Below are positions 14,231-25,087 of a DNA stretch of 64,000 bases, piece by piece. Position numbers and translations under genes: made by a program. The notes under the pieces were generated by a model. The model did no database searches and was not told the origin of the DNA. It worked only from the letters and a program-made list of their open reading frames with translations. Every line of letters starts with the position of its first letter. Position 1 is the first letter of the stretch. This DNA is from Squalus acanthias. Lineage: Eukaryota. The stretch covers positions 48,486,001 to 48,550,000 of the forward strand of contig CM059432.1 in the NCBI GenBank assembly GCA_030390025.1, in the 5' to 3' direction.

Positions 14231-16182
14231 CTAAGGGACTCAAGGGATATGGGGATAATGCAGGAAGGTGGAGTTAAAAGATCAGCCATGGTCTTATTGA
14301 ATGGCAGAGCAGGTTCAAAGGGCTGAATAGCCTACTCCACCTCCTATTTCTTATGTTCTTATGTAATTTACCAACTAATATTTTGTGATAACCATAATTT
14401 ATCACAAACTGTCACTAAAATTGGTATCCTCAATCAGAGGTCGTAAAGAAAGTTGATAGGAGAAACTTAAATTGCCATCCTGTTGTAGTGGGGGCCAGGG
14501 GAAGAATGCTTCTTGAGTTGGGGATTGAGGCTCTTTGCTAGGGCAGACTAGAAGCAGCTTTATTCTACTCTATTCGTGTTATACCTGATCTAGGAGAACT
14601 CAACATGAACAGTGAACAAAATTGTACTATACTCTACCACCAACTAGCTCAATAATAATCACGCAAATACAATAGTATCCATGGAAGCAGCGAATATTGA
14701 AAGCAAGTCACAGCAAATGACACATTGAGGCTTTGGACATCTATATGTGCACTTGATACTAGAGGGAGAGAAAACAAGGACCAGCAATATATTATTTTAC
14801 AGACACTTTAAAATGGGGCAAAACATGCACCCTCACGACAAAGATGTTGCATGGACCATCAGTTGACATATTAATCTTTGCAATTTTTTGCCACTGGTTC
14901 CTTCCAGGCTGCAACTGGAGTTGTCTGCAATATTAGTTAGGGTCTGTATGACCTCATGTTGCCCAATCTGGTGCTCCTTCTAGATGCCACCTAAGTGCTA
15001 GTGTCAAGAGAGGAACTAGCTACAAACTTCGATATGAGCCTCTTGGGAATGAAATGGCCCTCGCCTTGTGGTAGCCACGTCTTGTATTGACCTCCTGCAG
15101 GCTGCTTCTTTGCTGCTGCCTAGGCAGCCTGGCCCTGTCTCCTTCCTGCAACACATGAGGTGGCTGTACGGAGGGATCCCACGTGTTGCTATCCAGAGGG
15201 GTAGATGCATTTTGTCAGAGGACTCCTGCTATGTCCTAGTTTCAGCCAGCCAACTCAGTGGGTGGTCTGACTGAATGATTCCCACTAGATTCTGGGTGCC
15301 CTGGGAAATGATGGCTTGGATCCTGGCCTTAAAGTTTTAGAGATCAGAAGATGGCACTCTGTCCAGCCTCCCCACAAAAGCCTAAGGGCTGTAGTTTGCA
15401 CATCCACTGACTGATCCTGGTCCCTTGTGCTGGGGTACGGCTGCATATGTGCTTGGAGCTGCATCATGCTTCACCTGATGTTGGTACTTTGGGTGGAGGT
15501 GGATTGCCTCTTTTTCAATGCAGGTCCTAAGTGATCTGAATTTATGGGTTCTTCAGCAAAGCATTAACCTCTCCCATGCCTCCACTCAAGAACAGATGGC
15601 ACTTCTTCCATTTCCCACTCTTCTGGTTCCACTGTGATTCACTTAGTACAAGTCCGTACCCCAAAATAGCTCTCTATCTACCCCCATCGAGTGCATGTCT
15701 CTGGGCTGGTGAGTGGGATAGAAAAGGTGAAAGACGGCGTGGGCAAGCTAGTGCCCTAAACAGATGGGCCTGAATTATTCTCATCCCCCACTGTTTCTCC
15801 TTGTGTGAGGAGAAAGAGGTTAGAATGAAATACAGAGTGGCAAAAGAAAGAGTTACTAATATTTGATTGCTGCAAGGTAGCCTGGGCAGGACATTGCGAA
15901 GATGCATCTACAGCATATATTTGAATAATACAAGGAATGCCACATGGAATCCACTGGTACTGTACACGTTTTTTTTTAGCTTTTTCATTTAGTTAAACAC
16001 AACACTAGAATCACTAAAATCACATTTTAAAAAATACTTTTTTAGGACGTGGGCATCGTTGGCAATGCCGCATTAATTTTCCATTTGTTCTTTGGTTCAT
16101 TTTTGGAGAGCAGTGGGACTGAAAAAAGATATGGGAGTAATGACTCCCTAACTTTAGAGATGCTCAGGAACTTTTATTTTTA

Positions 16183-16680
16183 CAAGTTGCATTTATATAG
16201 TGCCTTTAACATAGTAAAACATCCTAAGGCTCTTCACAGGAGACTCACCAAACAAAATTTGACACCGAGCCAAAGAAGGAGATATTAGGGCAGATGACTA
16301 AAAGCTTGGTCAAAGAGGTAGGTTTTAAGGACCATCTTAAAAGGAGGAGAGAGAGGTTGAAAGACGGAGAGGTTTAGGGAGGAAATTCCAGAGCAGAAGG
16401 CATGGCCGCCAATGGAGGAGCAATGAAAATTGGAGATGCGCAAGAGGTCAGAATTATAGGAGTGCAGAGATCTCGGAGGGATGTAGGGCTGGTGGAGGTT
16501 ACAGAGATAGGGAGGGGAGAGGTCATGGAGGGATTTGAAAACAAGGATGAGAATTTTAAAAATCGAGGAGTCAGTGAGCATAGAGGTGATGGGTGAACAG
16601 GACTTGGTGCGAGTTAGGATATAGGCAGGAGAGTTTTGGATAAGTTCAATTTTACAGAGGGTACAAGGTGGGAGGCCGGC
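16183..16680 (-). mobile_element. L2 LINE 3' fragment
   Basis: FKILILVFKSLHDLSPPYL and LKTYLFDQAF motifs; L2-type tail. Confidence 0.85.
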
Positions 16681-17348
16681 CTCAGCAGTGGTTTGTTACA
16701 ACAATGCACTGATCATCTCCTGAAAATTGTAACTGGACTGTTTGCTGGAAGGTCATGTGATGTAATATTTTATTTTAAGTCAATGTTTGTCTCAGGATTG
16801 CAACTGAAGGCAAATTGACTTAGAATCCAGCAGTTCCACATCATTTTATCTCCAATGTATTGTCTAGTGGCTGCAGTCATTTCAATACACAGAACAGTCT
16901 GTTGTCCAAAAGCCACTAGGTAGGTAAGTTTAAACTTAATTTTTACTGAAGGGACTGGCGCGCAAGCTAGCGTTGTTATATTCATCCCCTTCTTAAATCA
17001 ATAGGAAATGTAGTGGGCATCCTACGTGTTCTCCCGATAAGCAATTTACATTGATCAAAGCCAGCTGCAAGACCTTGGCTATGCTAACTCAGTACAGCAG
17101 AAAATAAAAGATGCGGATTTCGATTCATAGGATATGTGGTCTGCTTATTCATGAACCGCTAATTGATTTGATCATCGAAGTAATTTTACTGTAATGTAAT
17201 CTTCAGTCCAGCAGTGATTTGCATTTGTATTTTGCTTTTTCTTGTTTTTAAAATATGCAAGCGAATGTGAGGAAAACTTAAGAGACATAAGCCCCGAAAT
17301 TCTTCCTCTCCTGATCTGCTTCACAACTATGGTAGGGTAGAACTTTGG

Positions 17349-17855
17349 ACTAAAATAACAACAGAAAGTGCTGGAAAAACTCAGCAGGCCAGGCAACATC
17401 CATGGAGAGAGAAACAGAGTTAATGTTTCAGGTCGAAGACCCTTCGTCAGAACTGAGAAAAAAAGCAGGAAATGAAACAGATGAAAAAGCAAGTTTGGAG
17501 GCTGGGGGAGGGAATAAAAGAACAAAAGGGGAGGTCTGTGAGAAGAAGAGACATTAAGAGATACTCAAGGCGAGACGAGATGGTAATAGGACAGGTTAAC
17601 AAACAAAAGATGGCTCTAGAAGTGTGAAATGCGCTGGCAGAATGAAAGACAGCTGCCATGTGGGAGAGAGAGAAAAAAAGGGAAAAGGCACAAACCAAAA
17701 GTGTGGATAAAAAAATAAATAAATAAATAAATATATATATATATATATATATATGGTAGGGGGCCGAGGTTATGATCTGAAATTGTTGAACTCAATATTG
17801 AGTCCGGAAGGCTGTAAAGTGCCTAATCGGAAGATGAGGTGCTGTTCCTCGAACT
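17349..17855 (-). mobile_element. Penelope-like element (family 1), 3' end and pseudo-LTR
   Basis: Reverse match to 30960-31475 (EEQHLIFRLGTLQPSGLNIEFNNF plus terminus); contains an (AAAT)n(TA)n microsatellite at about 17712-17754. Confidence 0.85.
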
Positions 17856-18017
17856 TTGGACTGCTGTGGAGTTGTGTTACTGACCTCATCCAAATTCCTG
17901 GGGCCAACTCTTGTGAATAATGGTGGGCGGGTAGGGAGTGTAACTCCTGCCTGCAATAGGAAAGTTATGCTGGGGCGGGGGAATCTCTAGCTGCTCTTTT
18001 TGGACCTCCAGAGCTAG

Positions 18018-18152
18018 GAGGAGAATCAAGGGATATGGAGATCGGGCGGGAAAGTGGAGTTGAGGTCAAAGATCAGCCATGATTTTATTGAATCATGGAG
18101 CAGGCTCGAGGGGACGTATGGCCGACTCCTGCTCCAAATCTTAGGTTCTTAG
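18018..18152 (+). mobile_element. CR1 3' terminal fragment
   Basis: atcaagggatatgg...gatcagccatgat...ctcctgctcc matches the other CR1 tails in the window. Confidence 0.8.
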
Positions 18153-18199
18153 GAAATTCAAAGGGGACAAACCAGTAAATAAAAAATACCACTATCACC

Positions 18200-19178
18200 A
18201 CTAATACAACTTTATCTTGCTTTTATGAAGCACCTGTAACATAAAAGAAATCCCAAGGCACTTTAGAGGCATAAAGAAAAAGTGGAGAGAGACAAAAGAG
18301 GAGATATTAGAAAGGTGACTAAAATGCTTGGTCAATGAGGTAGGTTTTAAGGAGGGTCTTAAAAGAGGTGGCGAGATGGATGGATTTAGGAGGGAATTGC
18401 TGAGCATGGGACCTAGGTAGCTGAAGGCACAGCCGTCACAGACAAGGGAAAGGAAGGCAGAACTTACAGGAGGTCAAAGTGAGAGGAACAGCGAATTCGG
18501 GGGATGGTTGGGGGGGGGGGTGGGGGGGGAGCGCAGAAGGGCAGAGTGGGTTGTAGTACTGGAGAATGTTGCAGAGATGGAAAGATTGAGTTGCTGGAAA
18601 GATTTAAACACAAAGATAATAATTTTACAATTCATACATTGGGGAACCAGGACCCAAAGTGGGTCAGCGAGGCCAAGGGCAACAGATAAGTAGGACAAGC
18701 AGAGTTTTGGATGGAATGAAGTTCATGGAGCGCAGAGAATGCAAGCCTAAAAAGGAAAGCATTGAAATAGTCAAATCTGGTGACAAATGTATGGGTAAGA
18801 GTTTCAGCAGCAGATGGGCTGAGGTAGTGATGAAGGCGATAGATGTTACGAAGGTGGAAGCGGACATCTTTGTGATGGAGAGCATATGGGGTCAAAAGCT
18901 CAGCTTGTGATCAAACAGAATGGTGTGATTGCCAAAATGTCTGATCCAGATGGAGATAAAGGCAAGGAGAGCATTAGAGATGGTGCCAAGGGTGTAGAGT
19001 TTACGCCGGGAACCAAAGCAAATGGCTTCAGTCTTCCAAACGTTTAGCTTGAGGAAACTGCAGCTCAAACAAGAATGGATGTCAGGCAAGCAGCCTGACA
19101 GCACAGAATCAGTGGAGGGATTGTGCTGGGTGTCATCAACATACAGGTGAGAACTAACCCCACATCTTTTTCTCAAGA
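18200..19178 (-). mobile_element. Decayed L2 LINE (RT C-terminus and tail)
   Basis: HLYVDDTQ, FHLRNI and AETLTHTFVTRFDYFN motifs. Confidence 0.8.
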
Positions 19179-19179
19179 A

Positions 19180-21052
19180 TGGGAATGGCAGCATAGTGGT
19201 TATGTTACTGGACTAGCAATCCAGAGGCCTGGACTAATAATCCGAAGACGTGAGTTCAAATCCCACCACAGCAGCAGCTGGGGAATTTAAATTCAGTTAA
19301 CTAAATAAATCTGGAATAAAAAGCTAGTATCAGTAATGGTAACCATGAAACTATCGGATTGTTGTAAAAACCCATCTGGTTCACTAATGTCCTTTAGGGA
19401 AGGAAATCTGCCGTCCTTACCTGGACTGGCTAATATGTGACTCCAGACTCACAGCAATGTGGTTGACTCTTAACTGCCCTCTGAAATGGCCTAGCAAGTC
19501 ACTCAGTTGTAACAAACCATTGCAAGATACAATAATAAGTGTAAAACCGGACAGACCACCTGGCATCGACCTAGGCACCGGCTTCGGACACAACAACGGG
19601 ACAGCCAGCCCAGTCGACCCTGCAAAGTCCTCCTCACTAACATCTGGGGACTTGTGCCAAAATTGGAAGAGCTGTCCCACAGACTAGTCAAGCAGCAGCC
19701 TGACATAGTCATACTCACAGAATCATACCTTTCAGCCAATGTCCCAAACTGCTCCATCACCATCCCTGGGTATGTCCTGTCCCACTGGCAGGACAGGCCT
19801 ACCAGAGGTGGCAGCACAGTGGTACACAGTCGGGAGGGAGTGGCCTTGGGAGCCCTCAACATTGACTCCGGGTCTCATGGCTTCAGGTCAAGCATGGGCA
19901 AGGAAACCTCCTGCTGATTACCACCAACTGCCCTCCCTCAGCTGATGAATCAGTACTCCTCCAATGTTGACCACCACTTTGATGAAGCACTGAGGGTAGC
20001 AAGGGCACAGAATGTACTCTGGGTGGGGGACTTCAATGTCCACCACCAAGAGTGGCTCGGTAGCACCACTACTGACCGAGCTGGCCGAGTCCTGAAGGAC
20101 ATAGCTGCCAGAATGAGCCTGGGGCAGGTGGTGAGAGAACCAACACGAGGGGAAAAACCTACTTGACCTCGTCCTCACCAATCTACTTGTCGCAGATGCA
20201 TCTGTCCATGACAACACTGGTAGCAGTGACCACCGCACAGTCCTTGTGATGACGAAGTCCTGTCTTCACACTAAGGACACCCTCCATCGTGTTGTGTGAC
20301 ACTACCACCGTGCTAAATGGGATAGATTCAGAACAGATCTAGCAGCTCGAAACTGGGCATCCATGAGGCGCTGTGGGCCATCAGCAGCAGCAGAATTGTA
20401 TTCCACCACAATCTATAACCTCATGACCCAGCATATCCCTCACTCTACCATTACCCTCAAGCCAGGGGACCAACCCGGGTTCAATGAGGAGTGCAGAAGA
20501 GCATGCCAGGAACAGCACTAGGTGTACCTAAAAATGAGGTGCCAACCTGGGGAAGCTGCAACACGGGACTACATGCATGCTAAAAAGCGGAAGCAGCATG
20601 CTATAGACAGAGCTAAGTGATCCCACAATCAACGGATCAGATCAAAGCTCTGCAGTCCTGCCACATCCAGTCGTGAATGGTGGTGGACAATTAAACAACT
20701 AACGGGAGGAGGAGGCTCCATGAATATCCCCATCCTCAATGATGGTGGAGCCCAGCACATGAGTGCAAAAGACAAGGCTGAAGCGTTTGCAACCATCTTC
20801 AGCCAGAAATGCCAAGTGGATGATCCATATCGGTCTCCTCCTGACGTCCCCACCATCACAGAAGCCAGTCTTCAGCCAATTCGATTCACTCCACGTGATA
20901 TCAAGAAATGGCTGAGCGCACTGGATACAGCAAAGGCTCTGGGCCCCGACAACATCCCGGCTGTTGTGCCGAAGACTCGTGCTCCAGAACTAGCCACGCC
21001 TCTAGCCAAGCTGTTCCAGTACAGCTACAACACTGGCATCTACCCGACAATG
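19180..21052 (+). mobile_element. tRNA-headed LINE family, 5' half: Pol III-type head, body, APE endonuclease, linker
   Basis: A-box-like AGCATAGTGG, anticodon-like arm CTGGA-CTAGCAA-TCCAG, B-box GTTCAAATCC. Then KVLLTNIWGL, DIVILTES, VGDFNVHH, LDLVLTN, SDH and GPDNIP motifs, with frameshifts and stops. Confidence 0.88.
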
Positions 21053-21340
21053 TAATGGTTACCATGAAACTATTGGATTGTTGTAAAAACTCATTGGTTC
21101 ACTAATGTCCTTTAGGGAAAGAAATCTGCCGTCCTTACCCGGTCTGGCCTATATGTGACTCTAGACCCACAGTAACGTGGTTGACTCTTAAGTGCCCTCT
21201 AAAATTGTCTAGCAAGCCAGTTGTACCAAACTGCTACAAAAAGGCAAGAAGGTGGTTCACCACCACCTTCTCAAGGGCAATTAGGGATGGGCAGTAAATT
21301 CTTACCAGCGACGCCCACATACCGAACGAATAAACACAAA
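21053..21340 (+). mobile_element. SINE-like derivative: 5' body of the tRNA-headed LINE joined to its 3' tail
   Basis: 21053-21230 repeats 19335-19516; 21246-21340 matches the LINE 3' tails at 34919-35013 and 45742-45840. Confidence 0.85.
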
Positions 21341-21672
21341 ACCGAGTCCCATGTGCTAGCTGACATTGGCTCCCGGTTAAGCAATGCCTCGATTTTAAAA
21401 TTCTCTCCCTTGTTTTCAAATCTCTCCATGGTCTCACCCCTCCCTATCTCAGTAATCTACTCCAGCGCTACAACCACCACCCGCCTCTCTACCTCCCTTC
21501 TTTAAGATGCTCTTTAAAACCTACCTCTTTGACCAAGCTTTTGGTCATCTGTCCTAATTTCTCCTTATGTGGCTCGGTGTCAAATTTTGTTTGATAACGC
21601 TCCTGTGAAGTGCCTTGGGATGTTTTACTACGTTAAAGGCACTATATAAATACAAGTTGGTTTTTGTTGTTG
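21341..21672 (+). mobile_element. L2 3' fragment
   Basis: Reverse complement of the L2 ends at 16183 and 52353; (TTG)n tail. Confidence 0.8.
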
Positions 21673-21674
21673 TT

Positions 21675-22222
21675 TAGCGAAGCATAGACTTAGGGATGAT
21701 CTGACTGAGGTTTATAAGATGATGAAGGGATTAGATTGTGTTCGAGTTGACAGTTTGTTGCAATTAAATTGGTTAGAGAGGACCAGGGGTTACAATGTTA
21801 AGTTGTATAAGGCCAGATCTAGCTTAGATGTCAGGAGGTGGTTCTTTTCCCAGAGAATAGTGGACCTCTGGAACAGGCTGCCAGCTCACGCAGTGGACGC
21901 CGATTCACTGAATTCCTTCAAGCAAGAGCTCAACCTTTTTTTGGCTGGGGCAGAGATCACCTCTTACAAAAGGTAGATACAGCAGGGAATTACCAGGGCC
22001 AGAGTGATCTCCTGGATTCGTTTTGACTGCCTGTGGGGTGGTGGGGGGGTTGGAGAGGAATTTCCTAGATTCCACTCCCCCAAATTAGGCTGGGTTTTAA
22101 TCTGGCTTTTCACCTCTCCCAGGAGATCACTGGTTTTGGGGGGGTGGGGAGTGTATATATTGTGATACACAAGGTATCACAATATGTGTGGGATAGGTTG
22201 GATGGGCCAGAGGGTGTTTTCC
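21675..22222 (+). mobile_element. CR1-type 3' fragment of a distinct subfamily with a longer 3' UTR
   Basis: LDVRRWFFSQRIVDLWNRLP and DSLNSFKQEL motifs. Confidence 0.75.
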
Positions 22223-22896
22223 TTTTTTTTTTAAATTCGTTTTTATGGGATGTGGGTGTCACTGGCAAGGCCAGCATTTATGCCCATCCCTAGTTGCCCT
22301 TGAGAAGGTGGTGGTGAGCCGCCTTCTTGAACCGCTGCAGTCCGTGTGGTGAAGGTACTCCCACAGTGCTGTTAGGTAGGGAGTTCCAGGATTTTGACCC
22401 AGCGACGATGAAGGATCGGCGATATACTTCTAAGTCAGGATGGTGTGTGACTTGGAGGTGGTGGTGTTCCCATGCGCCTGCTGCCCTTGTCCTTCTAGGT
22501 GGAAGAGGTCGCGGGTTTGGGAGGTGCTGCTGAAGAAGCCTTGGCGAGTTGCTGCAGTGCATCTTGTAGATGGTACACACTACAGCCACGGTACACCGGG
22601 GGTGGAGGGAGTGAATGGGGTGGTGGATGGGGTGCCAATCAAGCGGGCTGCTTTGTCCTGGATGGTGTCGAGCTTCTTGAGTGTTGTTGGAGCTGCACTC
22701 ATCCAGGCAAGTGGAGAGTATTCCATCACTCTCCTTACTTGTGCCTTGTAGATGGTGGAAAGGCTTTGGGGAGTCAGGAGGTGAGACACTCGCCGCAGAA
22801 TACCTAGCCTCTGACCTGCTCTTGCTGCTACAGTATTTATGTGGCTTTAAGTTTCTGGTTAACGGTGACCCCCAGGATGTTGATAGTGGGGGATTC
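22223..22896 (-). mobile_element. tRNA-headed LINE family, 3' fragment
   Basis: YKAQVRRVMEYSPLAW motif; same 3' stem-loop and poly-A as the other copies. Confidence 0.9.
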
Positions 22897-22899
22897 CTG

Positions 22900-23800
22900 T
22901 CCGTCATTGTCCATAGATCACATCACTACTTTTCGTATGATATCTATGGATGTTGTAGTCAAGGGGCAGCATGCAGATGAGGAGGGGGAAGGCCAAGGAT
23001 GGCAGTGCAGATGCTCTGGCAATGATCGGTGAGAGAGAAACTAAATGACGGCAGTCCCTCCGAGCTGGATCACAGAGGAGAGTAATTGAAAAAAGATAGT
23101 GTGGCTGACCATATCAAAGGCTGCAGTGAAGTAAATGAGGGGTAATGTACCGTGGTTACAGATAATGTCACTTGTGGCGTGGGGTTGGTTCGGGCTGTTT
23201 CAATGCTATGGTTGGGGCATATCTCTGATTGGCGTTATTTAAACAAGGACTTGAGGGAGAAACGAGTACATATCTGGGAGGCAACAACATATTCAAGGGG
23301 CTCAGAGGAAAAGCAGTTTGGAGGGGGATGATAGTTTGGAAGGACAGAGGAGTTAAGGGTGGGCTTTTTGAGAAAAGGGGTGATGACAACATTCGAAACA
23401 GAAGGGTACAACGCCTGGGGAGAGGGTAGCATTTACAATATCAGCTGGAATGGGGGCCATAATGGGATCTTAGTTGGACAGTAGTTTAGTTTTAATGGGG
23501 TCTCATGGATGAAAGAAGCTTGGAGAGGGCATGGGGGGTAAAGAGATGGAAGAAAATCTAGAGAGAAACAAGTTCAGAGCTAGCGTGGTCTGGGTGCTAT
23601 AGGGAGATTGGGCTTGGTGGGAAAGGGGAAAGGGGAAGCAGCAGAGGCAGTTGAATGATGGTCTCTAGCTTGGTGAAAAAGAAATCTATGAACCCCTCAC
23701 ACTTGATATTAGAGATAAAGATGGAGGGGGAAGGGTCATGGGTTTAAGAAGGCAGTTGGATATGGAGGAAAAAGGCTAGGGTTTATTTTTGCTCTCTAGG
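22900..23800 (-). mobile_element. Old L2 RT fragment
   Basis: VITPFLKKPTLNSSVLPNYHP motif. Confidence 0.65.
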
Positions 23801-24574
23801 ATACAAAACATAATAGAATTGAGTTCTTAGGGGTTTGAGGGCCAGAGCTCACACCGACATGTGGCCCACTGACTGCATTTTGGACACCGCTGACTTAGGC
23901 GATAGCTCAATGATCATGGAACTTAGTGAGTATATTATGTACAAAAGTGCACAAGAACAAAAATGTGGTCAGAGAGATGATTTCTCCATTCTCATTGAGA
24001 AACTTTGATGTAAATATTTTCATGAAGACAAACAGATGCTATTACATTCTAAAGGAATGCAAAAAATCCTGACAATGATTGCAGGGATACAATCTGATAA
24101 CATTTATTTTGCTATTCAGCCGAATCACAATTGCATTTAGGTGTGGGAGACAAACCAATTTCCTACGAATACATTTTTGCAAGAACTGACTCAGTTAATG
24201 TTATAAGAATAGCATATTTCAATAATTTGTCTCATTACTAGTTCAAAGATCTAACACTATGCCTCATTAGAACGGTAATATGTTTTTTTTTAGAATCAGT
24301 AGTTTTGGAGAGCAAACCAAAGCAGAATGTTTCCATTATCAGCAGTTGGTGGCAAGGCATCATGCTGGTATTGATGAAAAATTATTTATGGTCTTAATGT
24401 TTACAGAAGCAAAAATGTAAGGGACTTAGGAGGTTCTGACCAAGGCCACATTCTACTCTCAGTCCTTCAGTACCCCTACAGTCACTAAAACTTCCTCCAA
24501 GTCCATTTATCATTACAGTGTTTCCTCTTCAACAGTTAGTTTGATTAACAAGGCTTTCTTCTTTAACCTCTTAC

Positions 24575-24781
24575 AAAAGCAAAATACTGCGGATGCTAGA
24601 AATCTGAAATAAAAAAAGAAAATGCTGGAAATACTCAGCAGGTCAGGCAGCATCTGTGGAGAGAGAAACAGAGTTAACGTTTCAGGTCGATGACCTGACG
24701 AAGGGTCATCGACCTGAAACGTTAACTCTGTTTCTCTCTCCACAGATGCTGCCTGACTGCTGAGTATTTCCAGCATTTTCT
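24575..24781. mobile_element. Penelope-like (family 1) inverted terminus forming a fold-back
   Basis: Arms 24617-24695 and 24704-24781 are near-perfect reverse complements and match the terminus at 31350-31475. Confidence 0.85.
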
Positions 24782-25087
24782 CTTTAACCTCTTGCTCCTC
24801 TTCTACTGTGCTTCATTAATGTACTCACTACCTGGTAACAGATTTTCTGACACTGCTCCCGTTGTATTAGGAGGAAAGTTCAAAAGCATAATACTTCCCA
24901 AGTTTTGTACCCTTCTGCCTAAAGTTAATCTCCATTTAGTCAGATAATTGATGTTTCAGGAAGCAAGTCACAGAAAGTGTACAGAAGAGATACACTGGGA
25001 TGAAAGAAGGGAACATCATCTTTAGTTAACAGGAGAGATCAGAGAAACTATGGTTCTTTTCATTCGAGCGGAGAAGGTTGACAATCA

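Larger units (their letters stand above)
8030..14365 (+). mobile_element. Decayed CR1 ORF2 (APE and RT) and 3' UTR, host to nested insertions
   Basis: YLNARSI, GPDGLHPRVLKE and FTDNTK motifs. The sequence resumes collinearly at about 11958 and about 14231 after each insert; CR1 tail near 14340-14365. Confidence 0.9.

Noticed and set aside
14480..14625. Possible LF-SINE-like ancient repeat
   Set aside because: Only a loose resemblance from memory; needs a Dfam search.
14900..15950. Cluster of short ORFs in GC-moderate sequence as a nested gene
   Set aside because: No recognisable domain or consistent exon chain; probably old transposon debris.
18503..18530. G-run / G-quadruplex
   Set aside because: Low-complexity expansion inside a decayed L2; nothing suggests function.
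19185..19270. Functional tRNA gene
   Set aside because: There is extra sequence between the anticodon arm and T arm, no clear acceptor stem and no T-run terminator, and it is continuous with a retroelement.
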